Assembly: GCA_028715865.1 (NCBI GenBank)
Contig: JAQUQY010000001.1
Location: forward strand, 1 to 32,877
Length of the DNA: 32,877 nt
Reading direction: 5' to 3'
Source: Syntrophales bacterium
Lineage (GTDB): Bacteria > Desulfobacterota > Syntrophia > Syntrophales > UBA2210
Positions 15,381-23,876 of the stretch are shown here, in pieces. Numbering within the stretch: the first letter of the stretch is position 1; every line of letters starts with the position of its first letter. The notes under the pieces are model-generated. The model worked only from the letters and a program-made list of their open reading frames with translations. It made no database searches and was not told the origin of the DNA. Position numbers and translations under genes: made by a program.

Positions 15381-16496
15381 ATGAAGGGATCAATCCATTA
15401 TCGGAAAGACCGGAAACGATGGCTTGTCAGGTGGTACCATGAAGGAAAAGCCTACAATATCTATCGCTACAACGGAGAATATTTATATGATAGGAGACTG
15501 GCGGAAAAGCTCTTGTCCTGCATGCAGGCAGACGAAGAAAGAAATGTTTTCCGAATCGAAAAATATCTCTATTCGGCAACGGATGTTGTCCCTTATCTGA
15601 GGAAATGGCTTGAAAGTATATCATCCACCTTATCACCGGCAACACATAAGGATTATCAAAACAGCATAGAAAACCATCTCGCCCCGTGGTTTGATGAAAA
15701 CCCCTTCATGCTCCATGAAATTCAATACGACGTTTTGTGTCGACTCATGAATGACATTAAGAGATCGGGCAAGGGAAAGCTCAATGTCCTGTATTGCTTG
15801 AGAGCCTGCCTGGACTACGCATGGAGATCCGGACGAATACCGGCGATTCCTCCTTTTCCGAAAAGAAAAATGTTCGGGATCGTTGAAAAATCCATAAAGT
15901 GGGTTCGTGAGGACAGGCAAAAGGCGATCATTGAAGCGATTCCCGAAGCGCATCAACCAATCTTCTGGTGGCTCAAATACCACTTGCGCCGACCATCTGA
16001 GGCTATGGCGCTCATGAAGGAAGACTATGATCAGGATGCCGACGTTTTCATTATTAGAAGGGCCTTTTCAAATAAGAAGCTAATTGATCGCACGAAGACG
16101 GGCAAGATTCACATCATCCCCTGTCACCCGGATTTCAAGAAGATGATGGAACGGATGCCCTTAACCTTCTCGCCTTTCATGTTTACAAATCAAACAGGAC
16201 GGCTTGAAGGGAAGCATTACCAGCACGATTACTTGGTTGATCTCTGGAACAAAGCATGTCGGGACGTGGGAGAGTCGATAAACATGTATGCCGGATTGAA
16301 GCATTCTTCGTGCTCGCAGTATGTAAACGAGAAGGGCTTGTCAATTGATGAACTGCAAATGCTGACGGATCACGCACGACGGGAAAGCGTTTTGAAATAT
16401 GCCGCGGTCCAGGCAGAAGCAAAAAGAAAACTCATGGCAAGAGTGGTTTCAATTGGGAACAGAACGGGAACAGAAAAAAAGACAGCCGATGGCTGA
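15381..16496 (+). CDS. int: Tyrosine-type site-specific integrase
   Basis: C-terminal catalytic region ...LRRPSEAMAL (Arg I) ... GLKHSSCSQY ... LTDHARRESVLKY (H-x-x-R ... Y). It lies next to the tRNA att site. ATG 15381 is preferred over the ORF-track start 15321. Confidence 0.9.
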   Translation: MKGSIHYRKDRKRWLVRWYHEGKAYNIYRYNGEYLYDRRLAEKLLSCMQADEERNVFRIEKYLYSATDVVPYLRKWLESISSTLSPATHKDYQNSIENHLAPWFDENPFMLHEIQYDVLCRLMNDIKRSGKGKLNVLYCLRACLDYAWRSGRIPAIPPFPKRKMFGIVEKSIKWVREDRQKAIIEAIPEAHQPIFWWLKYHLRRPSEAMALMKEDYDQDADVFIIRRAFSNKKLIDRTKTGKIHIIPCHPDFKKMMERMPLTFSPFMFTNQTGRLEGKHYQHDYLVDLWNKACRDVGESINMYAGLKHSSCSQYVNEKGLSIDELQMLTDHARRESVLKYAAVQAEAKRKLMARVVSIGNRTGTEKKTADG

Positions 16497-16510
16497 AATT
16501 ACTCATAAAT

Positions 16511-16539
16511 TGGCGGAAGTGCATGGGAATCGAACCCAC
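16511..16539. repeat. Proximal att repeat (the 3' 29 nt of the intact tRNA-Sec)
   Basis: Identical to 11196-11224. Confidence 0.9.
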
Positions 16540-16608
16540 CTGAGAGGTTACTAGCCCCCCACACTGGATTTGAAGTCCAGGAGGCCCACCAGAGACCTTG
16601 GCACTTCC
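16511..16608 (-). tRNA. selC: tRNA-Sec (anticodon UCA)
   Basis: 98 nt: GGAAGTGC...CTGGA-CTTCAAA-TCCAG...GTGGGTTCGATTCCCAT-GCACTTCC-G-CCA. It has an 8-bp acceptor stem, a long variable arm, anticodon TCA (plus-strand tga at 16571-16573) and an encoded CCA. The anticodon arm is identical to E. coli selC as I recall it. Confidence 0.9.
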
Positions 16609-16618
16609 GCGAGGACTA

Positions 16619-16647
16619 TGCATACAGAAAACGGTCTTGGCTGTCAA
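16619..16647 (-). promoter_or_regulatory. Candidate sigma-70 promoter of selC (TTGACA - 17 nt - TATGCA)
   Basis: The -10 ends 10 nt upstream of the mature tRNA 5' end. Hexamers read on the minus strand. Confidence 0.45.
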
Positions 16648-16674
16648 TGACGATGATGGCAAGAACGCTTAAGA

Positions 16675-17925
16675 TTAAAAATCAAGATACTGGGGCTCAG
16701 CAGCCGCGAGCAGTGAGTTGTCGATGAGCTGGACCGCTACTTCGTCTCCCCTTTCGGCATTGGTCATCGCTCTCGGCAGTACTATGATGCCGTTCGCCAG
16801 CACCATGGATTTTAGGATGCCCGATCCCTGGTCACCGGTGGTCCTTACGGTCATCCGTCCATTCCGGCATGACAGTATCCCCCTTAGGAAGTATGTGAAC
16901 CCGCTTCGCTTGGCCAATTTTTCTTCCAGAACAGCCTTGACGGTTTTTCTATATAGAGCCCTGTGGCCGGTTATTTTTCGAAGAGCCGGCCTCACGTACT
17001 GTTCGAAAGACATCATCGCCGAAACAGGGTTTCCCGGCAATCCAAAGAAGGGAACTGATCCAAGTGTGGCAAAGGTAAAGGGCTTTCCCGGTCTTTGAGC
17101 CACGGTGTCGAATTCGACGCGGGCGCCCAGGTTTTTGAAAACCGACTGGACGAAATCGTAATCACCAACGGAAACGCCCCCCGATGATATGATCACATGG
17201 GCCTCTTCCTTCGCCTTGCTTAACAGGGTAAAGACGTCTCCCCGGTTATCCTTGGCGATACCCAGAATCAGCGGGATTCCTCCTCCTTCGGTCACCTGTC
17301 CAAACAGGGAGTAACTGTTGCTGTTCACAATTCTTCCCGAAGAGGGATCGCCATCGATGTCCATGAGTTCGTCGCCGGTAGAGATGATTGCTACAACAGG
17401 CCTTTTGTAAACTGGGACCAGCGAGTTTCCAGTCGCCGCCAGCATACCCATGTGTGCTGGCCCGATGAGGGTTCCCTTGGCTATTACTGTTTCTCCCTCC
17501 GTTACATCCTCCCCACGGCGCCTGACGTTCGCCCCCTCTCCAACTGGCTCGAAAAAAGTCACCCTGTCTCCCTCGGTATCCACGTCTTCGATTTTTACTA
17601 CCGCATCGGCCCCGTCTGGAATGGGGGCACCCGTCATAATCCTCGAGACCTCTCCCCTTCCGGGTGACTTATCCGGGACAATCCCGGCAGGGATCTCTTC
17701 CACGCACCGGAGCGTTACCGGCACTTCCCTCGAAGCCTTTTTAATGTCTTCCCACTTAAGGGCGTATCCGTCCATGGCCGAATTATCCCGCGGCGGGATA
17801 TGGCGCGACGAATAGATATCCTTCGCAATAACCCGGTTAAGGCTTTCCGTGATAGCGACCCGTTCAACACCCAGGGAACTGACAAAATCGATAATCTGTG
17901 ACAGGCAATCTTCTGCGGTCTTCAT
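16675..17925 (-). CDS. moeA: Molybdopterin molybdenumtransferase MoeA
   Basis: SPRDNSAMDGYAL, the MoeA domain order and the C-terminal beta-barrel region. ATG 17925 (MKTAEDCL...) is preferred; the ORF extends to 17958. Confidence 0.9.
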   Translation of the reverse strand: MKTAEDCLSQIIDFVSSLGVERVAITESLNRVIAKDIYSSRHIPPRDNSAMDGYALKWEDIKKASREVPVTLRCVEEIPAGIVPDKSPGRGEVSRIMTGAPIPDGADAVVKIEDVDTEGDRVTFFEPVGEGANVRRRGEDVTEGETVIAKGTLIGPAHMGMLAATGNSLVPVYKRPVVAIISTGDELMDIDGDPSSGRIVNSNSYSLFGQVTEGGGIPLILGIAKDNRGDVFTLLSKAKEEAHVIISSGGVSVGDYDFVQSVFKNLGARVEFDTVAQRPGKPFTFATLGSVPFFGLPGNPVSAMMSFEQYVRPALRKITGHRALYRKTVKAVLEEKLAKRSGFTYFLRGILSCRNGRMTVRTTGDQGSGILKSMVLANGIIVLPRAMTNAERGDEVAVQLIDNSLLAAAEPQYLDF

Positions 17926-18167
17926 ATCATTGTAATCCTTCCAATAGATCGTAGTCATATAGGAAGGTTAAGGCATTGTCAATACGGCGGACGGCGCCTT
18001 GCGTTCCGCATCCCTGAGAAAATGTTTTTGGCCTCCCTCGAAGCATATACGCTGCGAAGCTCTCGCCGGGTTCTTTGGGCTTGAATAATAACAGTTTATG
18101 ATATAGTGGAGTTCCCTGTACCTGGGGAGCCAATTATCGATTCTGGAACGCGTGACGGAGCGATGTA

Positions 18168-19076
18168 ATGAACACGGAAGAAATGCAAAAAGAAATACGG
18201 GGACTGCTTAAGGAGAAAAACGCTGTTCTTCTGGCACACTACTATCAGGAAGGCGACATTCAGGATATAGCTGATTTTCTTGGAGATTCTCTCGCCCTCA
18301 GTATGGAAGCCGCGAGAACCAGGGCAGATTGCATTGTATTTGCCGGCGTCCGTTTCATGGCAGAAACAGCCGCCATCCTGGCTCCGGATAAAACGGTCCT
18401 TCTCCCCGTTCCCGAAGCCGGCTGCCCCCTTGCCGACAGGATAACGGCCGATGAGCTGAAAAAGGCCCGGCAGCAGCATCCCCATGCGGCCGTGGTCACA
18501 TACGTAAACTCCACAGCCGAAACGAAGGCTCTCAGCGACATCTGCTGTACATCAACCAACGCTGTCAAAGTGGTGCAGAGCATGGACACGCACGAGATTC
18601 TCATGACGCCCGACGGGAACCTTGCCCGCTACGTGTCCCGCTTTACAAGGATACCTATCATTCCCTGGAATGGCGACTGCCCTGTACACCAGGGTTTGAC
18701 GCCGGGCGACATCCGCAAGGTGCGTGAGGAACATCCCGGAGCGCCTCTGGCGGTTCATCCCGAGTGTTCACCCGAAGTCATCGATCTGGCCGATTTTACC
18801 GGCAGCACATCTGCCATCATTGAATTCGCCGGAAAAACAGAAGCCGGAAAGGTTATTATAGGAACTGAATCGGGAATTATTCACGAACTCGAAAAACGAT
18901 ATCCCGGAAAAACATTTGTAGCCGCTGCGGCTTCTCTAGTATGCGAGGACATGAAAAAAATTAAACTGAAAGACGTGCTGGCGGCGCTCAGGGAAACCCG
19001 GCATGTCGTAACTGTTGCCGAGGAAATCCGACTGCCCGCCCACCGCGCACTGTCCCGAATGCTGGAGCTGGCATAG
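18168..19076 (+). CDS. nadA: Quinolinate synthase NadA
   Basis: LLAHYYQ..DIQDIADFLGDSL, FAGVRFMAETA, and three conserved Cys regions (CPLAD, CPVHQ, LVCEDM). Confidence 0.95.
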   Translation: MNTEEMQKEIRGLLKEKNAVLLAHYYQEGDIQDIADFLGDSLALSMEAARTRADCIVFAGVRFMAETAAILAPDKTVLLPVPEAGCPLADRITADELKKARQQHPHAAVVTYVNSTAETKALSDICCTSTNAVKVVQSMDTHEILMTPDGNLARYVSRFTRIPIIPWNGDCPVHQGLTPGDIRKVREEHPGAPLAVHPECSPEVIDLADFTGSTSAIIEFAGKTEAGKVIIGTESGIIHELEKRYPGKTFVAAAASLVCEDMKKIKLKDVLAALRETRHVVTVAEEIRLPAHRALSRMLELA

Positions 19077-19197
19077 CTCCTTGTAACAGCTTTCAATCTC
19101 CTATCAGGAGCACAATCTGATTTTAGGCTATGCCATAGATCACTTTTTCCGCGAAAGATCAGATGCTGCAAGGCAATAGTCCCTGGACCGTCACTTA

Positions 19198-22100
19198 ATG
19201 AGAAAAAAAGTAGAGCAGAAAGAGCGCAGTAACGACCCGGTCCTGAACTCCTTTTTTGAAAACCTGTCCAGCGAGAAAGAAACACTTCTGCTTACAGGCC
19301 TGCAGGGATCATCAGCTGCCCTTGTGTTGTCCCTTGTGTTCAAGAGACTTAACCGCACCATTCTTGTTACTCTTTCGTCACAAAAAGAAGCGGAATCCTT
19401 ATTCGGAGACCTGCAATTTTTCCTGGAACCCGGGAACGTGTTTATCCACATGGCCTGGGATATAAGACTCTTCTCCTCTGACGAAATTCTCTCTTTTGAT
19501 CAGGAAGCGGTGCAGTCAAGAATGCGTGTCCTTACAAGGCTAATGACCGGCAAGCCAATGATCGTTGTAAGTTCTACGGAAGCCCTGCTTCAGCGGGTCA
19601 TTCCCATGTCAGCTCTGGTTGATTACCTTGAAATAATCTCCCAGGGAGATAGCCTGGAACGAAGCCGCCTGGAGAATAAGCTGCTTGAGGGAGGCTACCA
19701 GAGGGTGCCCCTCGTGGAAGAACCGGGCGAATTCAGCTTGCGGGGATTCATAGCCGACATTTATTCCCCTGCCGAAGACAGTCCGGTCAGAATCGAATTT
19801 TTTGGCGATGAAATCGAATCGATCCGGGAATTCAACCCCGAAACACAGCGGTCTCTCAAAGAGATATCGTCCTTTATGATGGCTCCCGCCGGTGAAATAC
19901 TATTTACCGAGGAATCAAAGAACCTGGCACTCCGACATCTGCGGGTCCGAGCCGCCGACCTGGGCCTTTCCAGGGCCAGGAGAGACGCGCTGGCGGGGTT
20001 TATAGAAACCGGCATACTTCCCGCCACTGCGGCACAATTCCTTCCCCTTTATTACGACGAACCGAGTATGGCTGAAAGCACGCATCGCAGTTTCGAAACC
20101 ATAATCGATTATCTTCCAAAAAACGGCTTCCTTGCCTTTCTTGACCGGATCGGCATAGAGCAGACCGAGCGGGACCTGATCGGCAAAATTGAAGGTTACA
20201 CGGAGAAAGCCCGCGAGGAAGAAAGGTTTTACCTGGAGAAATCGTCTCTCTTCTCGTCCCTCGAAATGGTTAAACAGCGTTCACAGGGGTTACATAAACT
20301 TGTTTTTGATGATGCAAGGGAACACCACCAAAGCCGCGCCTTCAATTTTTCAATTGAAACACAAATTGGACTTATTCAATCCGAATTTCGAAGTGAACAC
20401 GACGGAGGTCTTCTTTTGCCATTCGTGGAGAGGGTGAAGACCTGGATGAAGGAAGGCGTTACGACGTTTTTTCTATGCGGCGAAGAAGAAATCCGGCGCA
20501 TCACACATATATTCGAGGGGTACGGCCTCACGGTGGAACAGTCATCACGGCCTTTTTTTTTGGACCTGGAAAGGTATAAAGGAAAGGGAACATTCCTGAT
20601 TAAACCAGGCAGGATTTCCGAAGGGTTCCATTACGGCTCTATGAAATTGGCCCTGGTATGCGATGAAGATCTCTTCGGAAAAAAAATCAAGCGCCGCAAA
20701 AAACCCTCCCTACGGGAAGGGTATTTTTTAAGATCCTTCGGTGAATTGAAAGAGGGCGATTTCATCGTTCATATGGATCACGGAATCGGCCTTTACCAGG
20801 GTTTGAAACGCCTGTCAGCGGCAGGCATAGAAAACGATTTTATTCTCCTCGAATACTCCGGCGGCGACAAGCTCTACCTGCCTGTGGACCGTCTTGACCA
20901 GATTCAGCGTTACGTCGGTCCCGACGGGTTCGCCCCTCCCACCGACCGCCTGGGTGGAAGCTCCTGGGAAGCAGTCAAGAAACGTGTTAGCGAGTCGGTT
21001 CGAAAGATCGCCGAGGACCTTCTGGCGCTCTACGCGGCCCGAGAGGTGATGGAGGGACACAGTTTTTCCATGAATGAACGGGCATGTGACGAGTTCGCCG
21101 CGTCCTTCGAGTTCGAGGAAACACCCGACCAGATCCGCGCCATCAATGATATCGATGATGACATGACCGATGCCAGGCCCATGGACCGGCTCATCTGCGG
21201 CGACGCCGGCTTCGGCAAGACTGAAACGGCCTTGAGGGCTTCCTTCAGGGCCGTTATGGACGGAACCCAGGTAGCCCTTCTCGTTCCAACGACCATACTG
21301 GCTGAGCAGCACTATCGAACCTTCGCCAGCCGCTTTTCATCCTGGCCGGTTCGCGTGGAAGTACTGAACCGGTTCAAGAGCAAAAAGGAACAGCAGACCA
21401 TAGTGTCGGACATCAAACGGGGACTGGTGGACATCGTCATCGGTACCCATCGTCTTCTGCAAAAGGACGTGGCCTTTCGAAACCTGGGCCTGGTTATAAT
21501 CGACGAGGAACAACGCTTCGGGGTAGCCCACAAGGAGAAGCTGAAAAAGCTGAGAAAACTGGTGGATGTCATGACGCTTACGGCAACGCCAATACCGAGA
21601 ACGCTCCAGTTATCACTGGTGGGTCTTCGGGACCTTTCAGTAATCGACACCCCGCCAGAGGGACGCCAAGCGGTGCGTGTGTATGTTGCCGAATTCGACG
21701 AAGATCTCATCCGCGATGCCATCGAGGAAGAAATGAATCGCGGCGGCCAGGTATTTTTTATACACGACAGGATACGGTCCATCGAAGGCATGGCCCGATC
21801 GGTACAGCGCATTGTCCCCGGAGCCCGGGTTGCATTTGCCCACGGCCGGATGAAAACCGGGGAACTGGAAAAAATTATGATCAGTTTCCTCGACAGGCGT
21901 ATCGATATCCTTGTATGCACCACAATCATCGGTTCCGGTGTAGATATCCCTGCTGCTAACACGATCATAATAAATCGGGCGGACCGGTTCGGACTGTCAC
22001 AGCTATATCAGCTTCGCGGCAGGGTGGGACGTTCCAGCGAAAGCGCGGCTGCCTACCTCCTTATTCCAAAGGGGGCCGTTTTGACGAAGGACGCGAGGAA

Positions 22101-22737
22101 GCGCCTGCGGGTAGCCCGGGATCTGACAAACCCGGGGTCGGGACTCAAGGTGGCCGCGCACGACCTGGAAATAAGGGGAGCCGGAAATATCCTGGGTGTG
22201 TCACAGTCGGGCCATGTATCAGCCGTGGGTTACGAGCTGTACACGGAAATGATGGAACAGGCTGTCATGGAGTTGCGGGGCCTTAAACCTGAGGACCGGT
22301 CTATACAGCCGGAGATACGCTTGGGAGTGCCTGCTTTCATTCCTGACGAGTACGTGCAGGACACTCAAAGCCGGCTTGTAATCTATAAAAAGGCTTCAAT
22401 GGCGTCATCCGGCGGGGAATTGTCTGATCTGCGATACGAGTTGAGCGACCGCTACGGACCTGTCCCGCCGGCCGTGGACAACCTGCTCAGTATAATAAAC
22501 ATCAAAATACGCCTCAGGCAGATAAAAGCCCGGGAAATTGCTTATGACGGCAAGAATTTCACTATGGCCTTTGCCTATGACACCCCCGTGTCGCCCGAAA
22601 CCATAATAGAAATGTCCAGGAAACGAAAAAACGAAATGAGGTTCACGGCTGACAACCGCCTTTCTCTTTACATGCCTGGCCTTGATTATGAAGGCTGTAT
22701 TCGCGAAGCCGGCAAAATTTTAGATCTTCTATCATGA
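19198..22737 (+). CDS. mfd: Transcription-repair coupling factor Mfd
   Basis: 1179 aa. UvrB-homology N-terminus, RNAP-interaction domain (DFIVHMDHGIG), superfamily-2 helicase motifs (CGDAGFGKTE, DEEQRFG), TRG motif and the C-terminal D7 domain. Confidence 0.97.
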   Translation: MRKKVEQKERSNDPVLNSFFENLSSEKETLLLTGLQGSSAALVLSLVFKRLNRTILVTLSSQKEAESLFGDLQFFLEPGNVFIHMAWDIRLFSSDEILSFDQEAVQSRMRVLTRLMTGKPMIVVSSTEALLQRVIPMSALVDYLEIISQGDSLERSRLENKLLEGGYQRVPLVEEPGEFSLRGFIADIYSPAEDSPVRIEFFGDEIESIREFNPETQRSLKEISSFMMAPAGEILFTEESKNLALRHLRVRAADLGLSRARRDALAGFIETGILPATAAQFLPLYYDEPSMAESTHRSFETIIDYLPKNGFLAFLDRIGIEQTERDLIGKIEGYTEKAREEERFYLEKSSLFSSLEMVKQRSQGLHKLVFDDAREHHQSRAFNFSIETQIGLIQSEFRSEHDGGLLLPFVERVKTWMKEGVTTFFLCGEEEIRRITHIFEGYGLTVEQSSRPFFLDLERYKGKGTFLIKPGRISEGFHYGSMKLALVCDEDLFGKKIKRRKKPSLREGYFLRSFGELKEGDFIVHMDHGIGLYQGLKRLSAAGIENDFILLEYSGGDKLYLPVDRLDQIQRYVGPDGFAPPTDRLGGSSWEAVKKRVSESVRKIAEDLLALYAAREVMEGHSFSMNERACDEFAASFEFEETPDQIRAINDIDDDMTDARPMDRLICGDAGFGKTETALRASFRAVMDGTQVALLVPTTILAEQHYRTFASRFSSWPVRVEVLNRFKSKKEQQTIVSDIKRGLVDIVIGTHRLLQKDVAFRNLGLVIIDEEQRFGVAHKEKLKKLRKLVDVMTLTATPIPRTLQLSLVGLRDLSVIDTPPEGRQAVRVYVAEFDEDLIRDAIEEEMNRGGQVFFIHDRIRSIEGMARSVQRIVPGARVAFAHGRMKTGELEKIMISFLDRRIDILVCTTIIGSGVDIPAANTIIINRADRFGLSQLYQLRGRVGRSSESAAAYLLIPKGAVLTKDARKRLRVARDLTNPGSGLKVAAHDLEIRGAGNILGVSQSGHVSAVGYELYTEMMEQAVMELRGLKPEDRSIQPEIRLGVPAFIPDEYVQDTQSRLVIYKKASMASSGGELSDLRYELSDRYGPVPPAVDNLLSIINIKIRLRQIKAREIAYDGKNFTMAFAYDTPVSPETIIEMSRKRKNEMRFTADNRLSLYMPGLDYEGCIREAGKILDLLS

Positions 22738-22842
22738 GGGTACCCGGTCTGATCTTGGCCGAATAGGAAGTCGTAATTTTTATTGAATATTGGTTCCTCT
22801 TCTGTTAGCCTTCACAAGACCAACCGATACTGGAGAAAAATA

Positions 22843-23811
22843 ATGAAATCAAGCGGTAATCTGATAGGGCTTCTTGTGCTGGCCCTCATTCTTTTTTTTG
22901 CTACGCCCCTGTGGGCACATGAAGACCGGGTAATAGCCGTGGTGAACAGTGACATCATCACTCTCTCTGAATTCAACAGAGCCCTTGATCCTGTTATCAG
23001 AAGCATAGACGATCCCAGAGCACGGGACGACCGCCGTGTAATGGAGGAAGGCAGGCGATTTGTCCTGGATCGGATGATCAAGGAACTTCTCATGAAGCAG
23101 GAAGCAGAGCGTCTTAATATCGTGGTAAGAGACGCAGACGTAGATGCATATATCGAAGATCTGCTGAACAGGCGCAATATTACAAGGAGACATCTCCTGG
23201 AAAACCTTGCCGACGAAAATACCAGCTTTGAGGACTTTCGGGAAAACGTTAGACGGGATATCATGAAGTCAAGGCTAATCAGCAGGGAGATCCGGGCTCG
23301 GGTCACCGTCAGCAATGAAGAGATAGGAGCCTATTACAAAGAACATCGCAATCTTTATGAAGGAAATGAAGCGGTAAGAATCCAGCAGATTTTCACCGTC
23401 GTGCCGCGGGGAAGCGATGACGCCGCCAGAGAGGAGTTGAGAGCCCGCGCTGAGAGCATACACGCTCTGCTTGAGGAGGGTGAAAGCTTTGACTCCCTGG
23501 TTAGGAACTACTCTCAGGGGCCCGAGGTAAGGACTGGAGGGGACATGGGCTTTGTAGAAAAAGGGATGATACATCCGGCAGTGGAAGCCGCGGCCTTCGC
23601 TCTTGAAATAGAAGAGGTGAGCGGTGTAATAGAGTCGCCCGCGGGATTTCACATTATCAGAGTCCTGGACAGACGCGGTGCCGGGCTTAAGCCCCTTGAA
23701 GAAGTGCGTCAGGAAATCCTGGAAGCCATCGGCAACAAACGGATGGAGGAGCGTTTCCAGGAATGGTTGGGGGACCTGCAGGCAAAAGCCTACATCGAAA
23801 TTCGATTATAA
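22843..23811 (+). CDS. Periplasmic peptidyl-prolyl isomerase, SurA/PpiD-like (parvulin domain)
   Basis: Signal peptide, SurA-N-like chaperone region and a parvulin domain (GGDMGFVEKGMIHPAVE...SPAGFHIIRV). The start was moved to ATG 22843. Confidence 0.85.
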   Translation: MKSSGNLIGLLVLALILFFATPLWAHEDRVIAVVNSDIITLSEFNRALDPVIRSIDDPRARDDRRVMEEGRRFVLDRMIKELLMKQEAERLNIVVRDADVDAYIEDLLNRRNITRRHLLENLADENTSFEDFRENVRRDIMKSRLISREIRARVTVSNEEIGAYYKEHRNLYEGNEAVRIQQIFTVVPRGSDDAAREELRARAESIHALLEEGESFDSLVRNYSQGPEVRTGGDMGFVEKGMIHPAVEAAAFALEIEEVSGVIESPAGFHIIRVLDRRGAGLKPLEEVRQEILEAIGNKRMEERFQEWLGDLQAKAYIEIRL

Positions 23812-23876
23812 TAATTGAAAAGCCTCCTTTTACCGGCCCCTTAAAGTATAACCTTCAGGAACATACTCACCCAAAT

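Larger units (their letters stand above)
11196..16539. mobile_element. Integrative element of about 5.3 kb inserted in the tRNA-Sec (selC) 3' end (integrase, Rep, RHH and a three-gene cargo)
   Basis: Perfect 29-bp direct repeats at both ends. The integrase gene ends 14 nt from the tRNA. The composition is mosaic, with the cargo at about 37-40% GC. Confidence 0.8.

Noticed and set aside
16598-16603. TGGCAC hexamer that could be a sigma-54 -24 element.
   Set aside because: It lies inside the tRNA-Sec acceptor/D-arm region and has no TTGC at the correct spacing.
17926-18167. Possible Moco riboswitch in the leader of moeA.
   Set aside because: Moco RNA motifs are known upstream of molybdenum-cofactor genes. 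However, I could only draw short ambiguous stems and cannot recall the consensus well enough to match it. An Rfam RF01055 covariance-model scan would decide the question.
20553-20561. T9 homopolymer inside mfd (RPFFLDL).
   Set aside because: The frame is intact through it and the gene is full length. There is no evidence of phase variation, only a potential slippage or sequencing-error hotspot.
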